A stretch of 64,000 nt of DNA from Diplonema japonicum (lineage: Eukaryota; Protista; Euglenozoa: Diplonemea), in contig OZ025701.1 of NCBI GenBank assembly GCA_964019335.1, positions 310,001 to 374,000 of the forward strand, in the 5' to 3' direction. Both the position numbers and the translations under genes were made by a program. The notes under the pieces were generated by a model. That model was given only the letters and a program-made list of their open reading frames with translations. It was not told where the DNA came from and searched no databases. How positions within the stretch are numbered: the first letter of the stretch is position 1; every line of letters starts with the position of its first letter. Of this stretch, positions 47,213 to 57,044 are shown piece by piece.

Positions 47213-49174
47213 TCAAACAGCGTCTAGTAAGTTGAGTTCCTTCTTGCGGGTTTCTTTGCGGTGAGTAGGCCACAGTTTGTAGCGGTCCTTTTCAGTGCCG
47301 AAGAGCTCTTTGAACTCCTCATCGGGGATGTAGAGCTCGCGCATGGCGACGTTGATGAGCGTGGCGTCGAGACTGGTGTCCGGGAGGACGAGCTCTGCGT
47401 AGGGGAACCTTCGCACGATGATCCCCTTCATCTCGTCGTTGAAGGCCTTAGTTGCGTATTCTTCTTTCATGCTCTGCTTCAGGACATGCAGCTCAGCTCC
47501 GTACTCCTCTTGGACCCCTTCCCGCACGGTGAGTTCTTCATTACCGAAGACGGCACGAGTACGTTCTTGCACCATGAGCATCAGTTGTGTGACGCAGGCG
47601 AGCTCCTCCGGCTTGATAACAGCGTGCTTGTTCAGCAAGTCGTGGATGGTGTCCCCAGCTTGGGTCTTCCTCCGCAGTGTTTCTGAGCGTAGCCCCTTCC
47701 CATTTAGCAGCGTTCTCATCACCGCCTCTCTTGGGTTGCACGCGGCCAGGTGCAGCGGGCTGTAGGCTTCGCTGTCCAACACATTCACATCAGGCTCGTG
47801 TTTAAGGAGGTGGATAATACTCTCTAAGCTGTCGCTCATGCACGCCGCATGCAGCGGTGTCATATTACTGTGCTCCGTCGTGTCGGTCACTTGTGCAGGG
47901 TGTTGCTCTAAGATGGCCGCTAGCGCTTCGATTTGGCCCTGTGCAGCAGCAATATGAACAGCTTTGTAGTTGCTCATAGACACGGGCAGGTTCACATCGC
48001 ATCCCAGACGCAGCAGCGTTTTCACGGACTCGGCTCTGCCCAGTTCACACGCACAGTGCAATGGGGTATGGCCCTCTGCGTCGCGGGGGTTCAGGTCATG
48101 TCGGCAGAACTCCTCCAGCAGCACGTGGTGTCCCTGCAATGCCGCCATGTGCAAAGGTGTTTTCCCATGCATATCAGGGTCATTTTGAGCGCCCTTGCCC
48201 AGCAGCATTTTCACTAGCTTTAAGTGCCCATTACTTGTTGCTTCGTGCAGGACGGTTCTCCCTTCGCTGTCTTTGCGTGTTAACAGGTCTTCGTCAGCCG
48301 TGATCAATATCTCGACGCACCGCACGTGGCCGTTAGTGGCAGCAGCGTGTGCTGGTGTCTTGCCCTGTGCAGTCTGCATGCTGAGCTCTTGTTCGTCTTT
48401 CATCACCTGGACGAGAGCGTTGATGACGGCAGCAGACCCTGACAACGCTGCTGCGTAGAGTGGTGTCTCTCTTTTATTGTTGGGGAGGGGTGTAACACCA
48501 GCTTCTAAAAGTTGCGTGATGCACTGTGTGTGGTTGTTGGTGCAGGCGAAGTGGAGTGCGGTGTCTCCGGTGTTAGTTTTAATGTGGCAGTTTGCACCTT
48601 TGCTGCGCAGGTATTGCAACACCCCATCATTCCCAGCCCACGCCGTGTGACACACAGCTGTCCATCCGTCAGCGTCCACGACGTTGCAGTCCGCGCCATT
48701 ATCCGTTAGGAGCTTAACTATATCGTCTGGGCCACTCAGTCTGCACGCGGCCATGAGGGGTGTCCTGCCATATGAGTCCTTCTCGTTGATGTCTCGCAAG
48801 TCGCGTTCCAGCACCAGTTGTACTGCGGTGGCGCTCTTCGCAACGGCGGCGTGAAAGGAGAACGCCGATAACGTCTTCACCACGTTTTCCCCCATTGCCC
48901 TTTTGCAGGCGTCGCCGATGAACACCTGCAACCCGTCATCACAGTCCTCCCCCTGCTGCACGGTGTTGCACAGACACACCCTGTCGTCAAGCACCTCGAA
49001 CACGTTACAAGCGTCTTCGAAAAACCCCGCCAAGGTATCATGCCCTGTGGCGTACCTTTCTTTGAAGCCCTGACCGAACGACTCTTCCAGCACAGACACA
49101 GGCACGCCCCGCCGCCCGCTGTTAAGCTCCGCTAGCTTAACCGCCCGCTGTATCGTGACAGAAGCCCGATCCAT
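47213..49174 (-). CDS. LOTUS/OST-HTH-like + ankyrin repeats + villin headpiece protein
   Basis: Many G.TPLH.A ankyrin repeats. C-terminal RELYIPDEEFKELFGTEKDRYKLWPTHRKETRKKELNL is a villin headpiece. N-terminal GVPVSVLEESF..GHDTLAGFF...FEV is winged-helix-like. ATG 49174 follows a CACTACAG acceptor. Confidence 0.8.
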   Translation of the reverse strand: MDRASVTIQRAVKLAELNSGRRGVPVSVLEESFGQGFKERYATGHDTLAGFFEDACNVFEVLDDRVCLCNTVQQGEDCDDGLQVFIGDACKRAMGENVVKTLSAFSFHAAVAKSATAVQLVLERDLRDINEKDSYGRTPLMAACRLSGPDDIVKLLTDNGADCNVVDADGWTAVCHTAWAGNDGVLQYLRSKGANCHIKTNTGDTALHFACTNNHTQCITQLLEAGVTPLPNNKRETPLYAAALSGSAAVINALVQVMKDEQELSMQTAQGKTPAHAAATNGHVRCVEILITADEDLLTRKDSEGRTVLHEATSNGHLKLVKMLLGKGAQNDPDMHGKTPLHMAALQGHHVLLEEFCRHDLNPRDAEGHTPLHCACELGRAESVKTLLRLGCDVNLPVSMSNYKAVHIAAAQGQIEALAAILEQHPAQVTDTTEHSNMTPLHAACMSDSLESIIHLLKHEPDVNVLDSEAYSPLHLAACNPREAVMRTLLNGKGLRSETLRRKTQAGDTIHDLLNKHAVIKPEELACVTQLMLMVQERTRAVFGNEELTVREGVQEEYGAELHVLKQSMKEEYATKAFNDEMKGIIVRRFPYAELVLPDTSLDATLINVAMRELYIPDEEFKELFGTEKDRYKLWPTHRKETRKKELNLLDAV

Positions 49175-49368
49175 GTGTACCTGTAGTGTGGTGAAAAAAG
49201 CAGAATGCCGCAACTAAACTAAAGGAGAAGGAACCAAGAACAAGCAAGCACACTTAAACAGCTATTTGCTGTCCACGTTGGGAAAATACGCTTCACATCG
49301 GTGTGGTACACCGTGGGATTGTGGTTAGAGGAATCCGGTGTTGGTATCGTTGAGTGCGCTGGCAGCAT

Positions 49369-52041
49369 CTACTCTTCACCGAAGAGACTGCCGATGGCAC
49401 GTTCGACGTTGCCGCGGTTGCGGTCCAATGCCCAGATGCACTTCTCAGTTCCAAACTGGTCGACTAAGCCAAAGGCTTCCATGGATGGGAGGAGGTCGTG
49501 CCATTTTTCATTCTTCTTCAATTTGATCGAGTCGAAGATGTTCTCCAGCGACAGGTACCTCCATGTCTTTGAAACGTTCTTGCAGCATCGCTTCAGTTGC
49601 TTCTCGGGCAGGAACTCGAAGATCCTTTTCAGCGGCTCGACACTGATCTTGAAACCAGTGTTGTAGTAGCTTTTCACGTCCGCTTCAAGAGGTGTCTTTT
49701 CCAAATGTTGCAGCTGGACCTTCAAGCGCTGCGCCTCGACGTAGTCCTCCCTGTCGACAGCAGACGTCTTGTCGTTCAGAAGCTTCTGGACAACTAGCTT
49801 CCTTTCCTCCTGGACATCAATCGTCGTTTCCCCGTTGCTGTTTGCGTACACGGGCACCCACTCACCGATCATCTCCTGCACGGTGGTCACGTCCTTGGCC
49901 TGCATGCACTTTTCAAGCGCTCCAACGTCGAGGTTCCCAACAAGCTTCGCCTGAACAGCCTTCTCGATCACAGAGGTCAGGGCACGGAGATGCGACTCGT
50001 CAATCTTGTCGGGGTGTGCGACGGGGGTGATTCCCATGAAGGAGCGCACAGATGCCGCGATCAGGTGGAACACAAACTCATTACCCAGCGTCTTGAACGA
50101 CGACACGATTTCAGCGATGCTCGCAAGCGGCACCCACGTCGCCATCAGAAGCAACAACTCAGTGCCCAGCTCGTATTCCTTGCTCTCCGAGGACAACCTT
50201 CCTAGCAAGAAGTCGATTTTAGTAAGGTCTGGTCGGTTGCCGTCAATCCTGAGCTGCAGAGGAACAATGCCCTCAGCAACAAGCTCCAAGTACATCTGCC
50301 CCTTGAGCTGCTGGTCGGCTGGTCTCAAGTCACCGGAGTACACTTTGCTAGGGAGGAAGGACACCAGCACTACCTTCAGGTCCTTGTTGATCTCGGCGAT
50401 GTACTTCTTGATCAACTGCGTGAAACCGAGCTTAGTGATTGCCGCTGGCTCGTTCTCCTCCTCGTCAGAGACAAGCAGCAAGGTTTCGACCTTCTTCCTT
50501 GCAAGGTACAGGCGCTCCAAAGCAGAGGCGGGGGACGTAGCACCGTCGGCCCGCGTGAAGTGCGAGAGCATGAGAACGTCTTTGATGGTCTTAGGAGTAA
50601 ACAAGGGGTCAATCGCGTCATGGTTGAAGAAGAGCAGGTCGGCACTACCCAAAGCGGTGAGCAGAGACACGATGATGGACCCTGTACGCACGGCAACGTG
50701 CATGCTCCCGGAACAGTCACCCAGCACAGCCATGGGAGTCTTCAGCGGCAAGTGGTACTCCTTAATCTTTTCCTCTGCAACAGGAACAAGGTTCTGGAAG
50801 ACAGGGCTGTCCGCAGCATGCATGCTCATCAGTCTCTCGACCAGTTTGCCATACCCGAAGGAGGGCACCTCGCACTTTTTGGTAATCCTGTTCTCAAGGA
50901 TCTGGTCCGTCTCCTTGCACATCAGCTCCTCGTACCACCACACGACGGTGTTAATGTCGGTGTACTCCGTGATGGCTGCCTTCACCCTGTTGGACACCCT
51001 CTTCATGTCGAACTTCTTTCTCAGGTAAGTGAGGGGCACGTGGTGCTTCTTCAGTGCCGTGATGTCCTCTAGGGTGTCGTTCGTGAGCTTCAGGCCGTAC
51101 TCCACGTTGCCGGGCCTCCTCCTCTTGGAGTCGTAGACGCAGCGCAGGAACTCGTCCAGGGACAGGTCGTTGGGGTTGATGTGGATGATGTCGCAGAACT
51201 CTTTCCATGGTTCAAGACCGAACTCCAGCAGGTAGTGCATCAGCGTGCCCTTTTTAATCTTCTTGATCCACGCCTGGAACCTCTTGCACATGGACCCGCT
51301 CATGGTTGCCGTGAGGCCTTCCAGCAACGCATTCTCAAGCGAGCCGATGTCGGACTTGAGGCCCGCGATCTTGGCTGCTCTCCTCCTCAGCCAGCGGGGC
51401 TCGTCGTGCTCTTCTTCCCTTTTCCTCTTCAGGCTTTGTCCTTTGCCGCCTTTGCCTTTGCCTTTCTTGCCGCCCTTGCCTTTGATGCTGCGGACCATCG
51501 CGGTGCCCCTAGCAGCACGGTGGGCGACGCCCTTTGCACCTTTTCCCTTTCCTTTTCCTGCTGAACGGGACTTGGAGTCGCTGATCTCTTTCTCTCTGTC
51601 AGCAACCAGTTTTGTGATGTCGTGCGTCAGCTTAGCAAGGCACTCCTCAGGTTTGGGGGTCTCGTCGTTGCCAGCGGGTTTGTCTTGTTTGGGCTTCTTG
51701 TTGGACGAAACCTGAGACGAGCCCTTCCCCTCAAAGGCTTTGAGAGAAGCCTTCCAAGAACGGAGGCGGCGCTTCCCGTCAAGTGCCTTGCAGGCAGCAA
51801 GGACCTCGGGGAAGCCGTAGGAGCGGTGTTGAAGAAGGACATCAGCAAGCTCAAACTGCTTGTGCTCCAAGGCAGCAAGGAGGGACCTCGTTTTCGTCAC
51901 TTTCTGGATTTCAACTAGCTCGAGCAGCAGCAGCAGCTGCACCTTGTACAGCTCTGGGTTAGACGTGATGGCCGCAAGGTGCTCTCCAAAGCTGCTGTTG
52001 TCGTTCAAGAAGAGCTCCTTCATGTCATTCTGCGACAGCAT
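49369..52041 (-). CDS. Ro60/TROVE-like helical + vWA protein with UVR motif, F-box and UBA
   Basis: vWA MIDAS GDCSGSM..GATSP..LVSDEEEN after a helical region. UVR-like AVDREDYVEAQRLK, F-box VEPLKRIFEFLPEKQL..CKNVSKTWR, UBA-like MEAFG..ALDRNRGNVERAIGSLF. The Ro60 affinity is the least certain part. Confidence 0.65.
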   Translation of the reverse strand: MLSQNDMKELFLNDNSSFGEHLAAITSNPELYKVQLLLLLELVEIQKVTKTRSLLAALEHKQFELADVLLQHRSYGFPEVLAACKALDGKRRLRSWKASLKAFEGKGSSQVSSNKKPKQDKPAGNDETPKPEECLAKLTHDITKLVADREKEISDSKSRSAGKGKGKGAKGVAHRAARGTAMVRSIKGKGGKKGKGKGGKGQSLKRKREEEHDEPRWLRRRAAKIAGLKSDIGSLENALLEGLTATMSGSMCKRFQAWIKKIKKGTLMHYLLEFGLEPWKEFCDIIHINPNDLSLDEFLRCVYDSKRRRPGNVEYGLKLTNDTLEDITALKKHHVPLTYLRKKFDMKRVSNRVKAAITEYTDINTVVWWYEELMCKETDQILENRITKKCEVPSFGYGKLVERLMSMHAADSPVFQNLVPVAEEKIKEYHLPLKTPMAVLGDCSGSMHVAVRTGSIIVSLLTALGSADLLFFNHDAIDPLFTPKTIKDVLMLSHFTRADGATSPASALERLYLARKKVETLLLVSDEEENEPAAITKLGFTQLIKKYIAEINKDLKVVLVSFLPSKVYSGDLRPADQQLKGQMYLELVAEGIVPLQLRIDGNRPDLTKIDFLLGRLSSESKEYELGTELLLLMATWVPLASIAEIVSSFKTLGNEFVFHLIAASVRSFMGITPVAHPDKIDESHLRALTSVIEKAVQAKLVGNLDVGALEKCMQAKDVTTVQEMIGEWVPVYANSNGETTIDVQEERKLVVQKLLNDKTSAVDREDYVEAQRLKVQLQHLEKTPLEADVKSYYNTGFKISVEPLKRIFEFLPEKQLKRCCKNVSKTWRYLSLENIFDSIKLKKNEKWHDLLPSMEAFGLVDQFGTEKCIWALDRNRGNVERAIGSLFGEE

Positions 52042-52154
52042 GGTTGTGGTGTGTGTAGTCGTGTTGTAAGAAAACTGTATTTTTAAAAGAAAATATGACG
52101 CCGTGTAGGTGGGAAAACGCAGAATAATTTAATAAAAGTAGGAAAGACTAAATA

Positions 52155-52185
<31 letters not shown>

Positions 52186-52201
52186 ACGGAGGAGTTTCCT
52201 T

Positions 52202-52296
52202 CTTGATTTCTAAGGGGTGGGAGCACTGGTTGAGCCCAATGGGTTTCGGCGGCTCACGTTCGGACCAACCACGCCTCTTCTTGTGCTTCAATCAAG
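52202..52296. ncRNA. Candidate structured RNA (contains a Y-RNA-like 5' motif on the minus strand)
   Basis: Nested helices CTTGATT/AATCAAG, GAGCAC/GTGCTT, TGGT/ACCA and TGAGCC/GGCTCA. The minus strand reads GGTTGGTCCGAA at 52270-52259. Confidence 0.3.
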
Positions 52297-52867
52297 TCAC
52301 TTTGCGGCGTGCCCCAAAGGCTGCTTTTGACCCAACTATTAAAATATGGGAAACAAAAGAAAGTCAGGGAGGGGGGGGGGGGGGGGGGGGAACAAAGGGA
52401 GGTGAAATGAGATGCTCAACAAACAACTTTTTACTGTTTTCATCTAAAAGAAACAACACCTTATATCTCTAAAACCCGATATTGACTTTTTTTTTCCCCC
52501 CCGTTCAGAACAAGGGAATGAACTCAAATCGGGGAAGTCTTTAATCCGTGAAAAATCCGTGTTTGGGTCATTTGCCTGTAAAAGTACAATGCAAAAAAGG
52601 GACCTCCGTTGTCCGTCGAAAATAGATTTCCTCTTATAGTATCCTTAGAGCCACTTAAAGACTTTTGCTCAATGGATTTTAGAGATATGGCGCGTAAAAA
52701 CAACTTTAAAAAAAAAAGGAATGAGAGGGCGTGACCATCATTACAATTTTTTTTCACGCCCCCCCCTTTTTTTCCCCTTTCCGTTCATACCAATAAATCT
52801 AGGGGGGAAGGGGGGGGGGGGGGGGGAAGAAGAAATTTTTGATTTCTCCCATTTTCTTTTTCTCTGT

Positions 52868-55800
52868 CTAGTTCAATGCATAGAGTTGGGTAGCGGGACC
52901 TCGATTCTGCTGCACTTCAACATACAAAGGGTCTATCCGTGTCGGGGTGAACGTGAAAGGCTTGTAGTCGAACGCAGAGAGGAGCTCGGGGGGCGGAGTG
53001 AAAAACGTAATCTGCACAACCTGCTGGGATAGGATACCTAGGACGAAGTCTTTGGTAAGGCTGTCATTATAGCTCCGGGGGATGATAATATAAGGGCGGG
53101 AGTTGGGCTCCAAGATAGTCCGGAAGTTGATATCACGCGCACCTAAGAAGACCCCTCCATGGGAGTCCCTCTTGGAGTCATGTGAGTACCCTGTCGCTTC
53201 AGGTGTAAGCAGCGACAGCAATATAGAATCAAAAGCCCCTTCTGAATCTGAACCTTGCTGGTAGTACGTTACGAAGAGTCGTGTTCGTTGGGTCACAGTG
53301 ATGGCTGCACCCCATGCGGCTGTTCCGTTTAGGAATCTTCCCCTTGCTCTCACGTCTTGGTAGTGTTCCTTCGCAAAGCACACATATCCGGAACAGAACA
53401 GGTTTGCTGCGTCTTCCCACCCTATCCAGAAGGTTCCGTCGTCCTGTTGCCTGTAGGCGCATTCTCTTGTTACATCGGGGTGTTGTTCCCATAATGGGCT
53501 GTCGTTGCCCCACGCCCCGTCCCACCCACCGGTTCCCCATGGGTTTCTGACGTGGCACAGCTTGAATCCGTTCACCTCCTTGATTTGCAGAATCGTGTAC
53601 ACATGCGATGGTTTCAAACACGCGACCCCCCCGTTTGTCTCAAGCCCTACTAGGAAGCCTTGCTCGTCGTAGATTTTCAGCCTTTTGAACAACGCGTCTG
53701 CATCCTCATGCCACGATACTGACTCGGATGGCCAGCCGGTGAGGTCAGCCAATGTTTCTTCTGTCTTCCCGCTTTTGATGCTTGCGTAAGACCCGTGCAG
53801 CTTCGCGTAGGCCTTTTCAAGAAGAGACACCCAAAGTTCACCAGGCTGCTCGATAGTTCTGGAGAAACAAGGCTGGTTCCCAGAGGCGGGGAGGTAGTCA
53901 TCGATCACAACGGGCGTCCACCACCCGTGTTTGGTGAGCTTCAAGCGCCAGACTCCGTAGGCAGCGTCTTTATCTTGCGTTGGTGAGTCAAAGATTCGTT
54001 TGATGTATGACGGATGCTCTGCAAGGGCGGCCACAGCACCATGGTACCAGGCGTTGTTCAGATCCCCCATTGCGATGTCGCACGGTTCAACAGGTTCCCG
54101 TCGCGACGTGCTCTCCATCAGCACGCCGACCCTCGTGTTGAAGAACATCTCCGCAGGCCGTTTCCAAGGGCGCTCGGGAAGGACCGCACCCTCCCATTCT
54201 TTGCAGATGCTCTGCTGACAAGGAGGGAACTCCAAGTAATCAACGAACGGTATCTTGTTTTGGACACACTGGCTAGCTACGTCTTCACTCTGCCCCAGAC
54301 TGGCCATTCTTTGAATCTCTCCCGCTATTTTCGTTTCCTGCTCTTTCTTCACCGCCACGTGGTACTCCTCAGAAAGGGGTCCATAGTTCATTCTCATGTT
54401 ATACCCATTAGAGTGCCCCCTTACAAAGCCCTGCGTCTCACCAGGGTAAACCTCTACCTCGTAGAAGTTCCCGCTCTTCACGGCGCCATTCAGCGGGAGG
54501 AGTTCGGCACCATAGAAATCGTACGTCAATTTGAACACTAGGTTGCGGGTCGCGTTCCAGAAGTATATTTCTGGCGTCCCATCTTCTAGCTTCGAGTCCA
54601 ATCTGAATATCCTGCCTTGCTTGAGCAGTGGCTTCATCTTACCCTTCACTGTCGGAGGGTTGATGCCCGCAAGGGAGATTGGGTCGACCACAGTGCTAGC
54701 GTCAGCCCAGCTTTCGTCTTCTGCCTCGATCAGCTTCTTAGCAGGCAACACCCGTATCGGCTTTGTACCGTGCGACATGTCGTGCACCGACTGCTTGGCT
54801 GTGACCTCCTTTCGTAGTTCCTTCATGTGCTCCCGTTCGTCTTTATGAGGCGCTTCACACACTTTGGTACTGCTCACCGTAGGGGGTGGAGTGCTCCTCC
54901 CCCAGGCTTCCTTCTCCGCGAGGAGCTTTGCAATAATACTCTTCGCTTCCAGCAGCTCTTGCTTGAGTCGCACGTTCTCCAACATAAGCTCGCGTGAGGA
55001 TGACCCTTGCGGGTTTCCGTACACAAAGGCATCTTCCGGTGTGACGGTGGCCACAGGGGAAGGGGGCCGTGTGCCGCCCTCAGACTCAGCAAAGAGTTCG
55101 CCGTGTGAATGAAGTCGACTACCAAGTTTAAGAAGACTTGCCGTGTCCAGAGGCCGCTGGCCATATTGCGGTTGCGGTTGAGATGTTTGCATAGGCAGAA
55201 CAGGTCGTGAGAGATGGTTGGAAGTGTCTTGCATTGACACAGCACTTGTGTCAGCAGTGGGCTGGTACTCTTTGCCAGAACGCGGGGGGTTAGAGAGCCG
55301 CAGCTCTTTCTGGCTTTCTTGATGCACGGGAACAGGTTGTGTCTGGTGCATCATAGAAACGGGTTGCATCGTGCCATGTAAAGACGTTTGCTGCGTTGGT
55401 CGTGACTGCTGCGGTATCGAACTGCTGTGGGGTTGTGGTTGCTGTGCCAACTGCTGCTGCTGGTATTGCACCAAAGACTGCATTGGCTGCGGTGCAGACG
55501 GCCTCAGCGGCTGAATGGGAGGCTGTTGTTGCTGCTGCTGTGGCACAAATAACTGCTCCTGCAGCGCTCGCTGTGGAGGCTGCTGCTGCTGCTGCTGTTG
55601 TTGTTGCTGTTCCTGTTCGCGTTGCTGCTGTGGCATGAACAATTGCTCCTGCAATTCCCTCTGTGGAGGCTGCTGCTGTTGTTGTTGTTTGTGTTGCTGC
55701 TGTTCTTGTTGCCGCTGCAATTGCTGTGGAGTAAATAACTGCTCCTGCAGCATCCGCTGTGGAGGCGGCTGTTGTTGTTGTTGTTGTTGCTGCTGTTGTT

Positions 55801-56485
55801 CTTGTTGCTGCTGCAATTGCTGTGTCGAATATAACTGCTCCTGCAGCGCACGCTGTGGGGGGGGCTGTTGTTGCTGCTGCGGTATTAATGGCTGCACCGA
55901 TTGCTGCTGCACCTGCCGTGAGCTGTGCTGTTGTTGCAGCTGTGCAGTAGCGCTACGTTGTTGTGGATGTTGCAAGTTAAACTGGTGCTGTGCCGGTTGT
56001 ACATGCGGCTGTGGTTGCTGTGGAAGGGATGTAGCCTGGGTGCCGGGCGTGAATGTTTGGAAAGGCTGCCGGAGCTGGTGCACAGTAAGGGTCTGCTCCG
56101 ATACAGGTGTAGCAGGGGGCTGGTAGATGTTGCGAGTGTACTGTCTTTGCGGCGTCATTGTATCGACAGACCTGGGGCTCTGCGACTCAACACCTGCTAC
56201 CACACTGTTCCGCAGTGTCTCCACCCCCGAGGCTGGGAGGTTTTCCATTCGTGGCGACGACGGTTGTGCCACGTTTTTCGCGTAGATATCCCGGTACGGG
56301 GCATTCTTCAGGGGCGATGTTGCTTCCCTAGCCTGCACCACCTGCTCGTGTAGCACGCCGCTTTCGTACGTCTGGCGTTCCTCCTGTTGCGTCACGGCAG
56401 CCATGTCATCTCTCATCTTCTGCAGCTGCTGCCGAAGGCTCTCAATTTCCGATCTGTTAGCGGCATGGTCGTACATTGTGTCCAT
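52868..56485 (-). CDS. Calpain-like protein (DUF1935 + CysPc + domain III), catalytic Cys lost, Gln-rich N-terminus
   Basis: DUF1935-like GRIFRL..YFWN..EVEVYPGETQGFVRG; IDDYLP, ELWVSLLEKAYAKLHGSY, LADLTGWP, HVYTIL and RNPWG. The active-site motif reads MGDLNNAWY instead of QGxLGDCW. Confidence 0.9.
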   Translation of the reverse strand: MDTMYDHAANRSEIESLRQQLQKMRDDMAAVTQQEERQTYESGVLHEQVVQAREATSPLKNAPYRDIYAKNVAQPSSPRMENLPASGVETLRNSVVAGVESQSPRSVDTMTPQRQYTRNIYQPPATPVSEQTLTVHQLRQPFQTFTPGTQATSLPQQPQPHVQPAQHQFNLQHPQQRSATAQLQQQHSSRQVQQQSVQPLIPQQQQQPPPQRALQEQLYSTQQLQQQQEQQQQQQQQQQPPPQRMLQEQLFTPQQLQRQQEQQQHKQQQQQQPPQRELQEQLFMPQQQREQEQQQQQQQQQQPPQRALQEQLFVPQQQQQQPPIQPLRPSAPQPMQSLVQYQQQQLAQQPQPHSSSIPQQSRPTQQTSLHGTMQPVSMMHQTQPVPVHQESQKELRLSNPPRSGKEYQPTADTSAVSMQDTSNHLSRPVLPMQTSQPQPQYGQRPLDTASLLKLGSRLHSHGELFAESEGGTRPPSPVATVTPEDAFVYGNPQGSSSRELMLENVRLKQELLEAKSIIAKLLAEKEAWGRSTPPPTVSSTKVCEAPHKDEREHMKELRKEVTAKQSVHDMSHGTKPIRVLPAKKLIEAEDESWADASTVVDPISLAGINPPTVKGKMKPLLKQGRIFRLDSKLEDGTPEIYFWNATRNLVFKLTYDFYGAELLPLNGAVKSGNFYEVEVYPGETQGFVRGHSNGYNMRMNYGPLSEEYHVAVKKEQETKIAGEIQRMASLGQSEDVASQCVQNKIPFVDYLEFPPCQQSICKEWEGAVLPERPWKRPAEMFFNTRVGVLMESTSRREPVEPCDIAMGDLNNAWYHGAVAALAEHPSYIKRIFDSPTQDKDAAYGVWRLKLTKHGWWTPVVIDDYLPASGNQPCFSRTIEQPGELWVSLLEKAYAKLHGSYASIKSGKTEETLADLTGWPSESVSWHEDADALFKRLKIYDEQGFLVGLETNGGVACLKPSHVYTILQIKEVNGFKLCHVRNPWGTGGWDGAWGNDSPLWEQHPDVTRECAYRQQDDGTFWIGWEDAANLFCSGYVCFAKEHYQDVRARGRFLNGTAAWGAAITVTQRTRLFVTYYQQGSDSEGAFDSILLSLLTPEATGYSHDSKRDSHGGVFLGARDINFRTILEPNSRPYIIIPRSYNDSLTKDFVLGILSQQVVQITFFTPPPELLSAFDYKPFTFTPTRIDPLYVEVQQNRGPATQLYALN
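55440..55990 (-). repeat. Coding poly-Gln tracts with four PPQR(A/M/E)LQEQL repeats
   Basis: CAG/CAA runs visible in the DNA and in the translation. Confidence 0.9.
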
Positions 56486-57044
56486 GCCCCTCCCCCTTCC
56501 CTCCCTCCTTTCCCTTTTTTTTTTTTTTTTTTTTTTTTTTTGTTGATTCTATTTTTTTGTTTTCTTTTTTACTGTAAACGAAAAACCCTGATGGCTGCTA
56601 GCCTCGAGGCTCCCATCTAGCCACTGTAACGGTGCAGGGCACGACGTCCGCACGATACGGTGGGCAGAGAGCAGCTTTGTAGATAGCAGGAAGATGCAGG
56701 TGAGACACCAAAGGAGCTTAAGAATTGGTGCAAGATTAGATAGAACTCTATCTATACAACAATCTGCAGTATCGTAGAACTTAAGGAGTTCCTTAGATCC
56801 TTCGTTTCCTATCCTAGGTTAGAGAAGCAAGCTGGCCAGCAGCCAAAGCATCGACGCAAATAGCGCCCCTGCCGACTCGAAAAACGAGGGGACTTCTTTT
56901 TATTTCCTTGAGAAGCCGCAGGTGAGAAATCACACAATAATATTTTCTACTTTATCCCCCACCTCACTTGAGGTAAGGCTAAAACCCTCTCTTTGTTTTT
57001 CCTTCTTTCTCTCACTTTTTCTATAATATTTGCTTTGCTCTTCA

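Noticed and set aside
55515-56126. 203-aa poly-Cys ORF on the + strand (metallothionein/keratin-like appearance)
   Set aside because: Antisense shadow of the CAG/CAA poly-Gln region of the calpain gene.
56575-56600. CGAAA..CTGATG as a hammerhead ribozyme core
   Set aside because: CUGAUGA is not complete and the required stems are absent.
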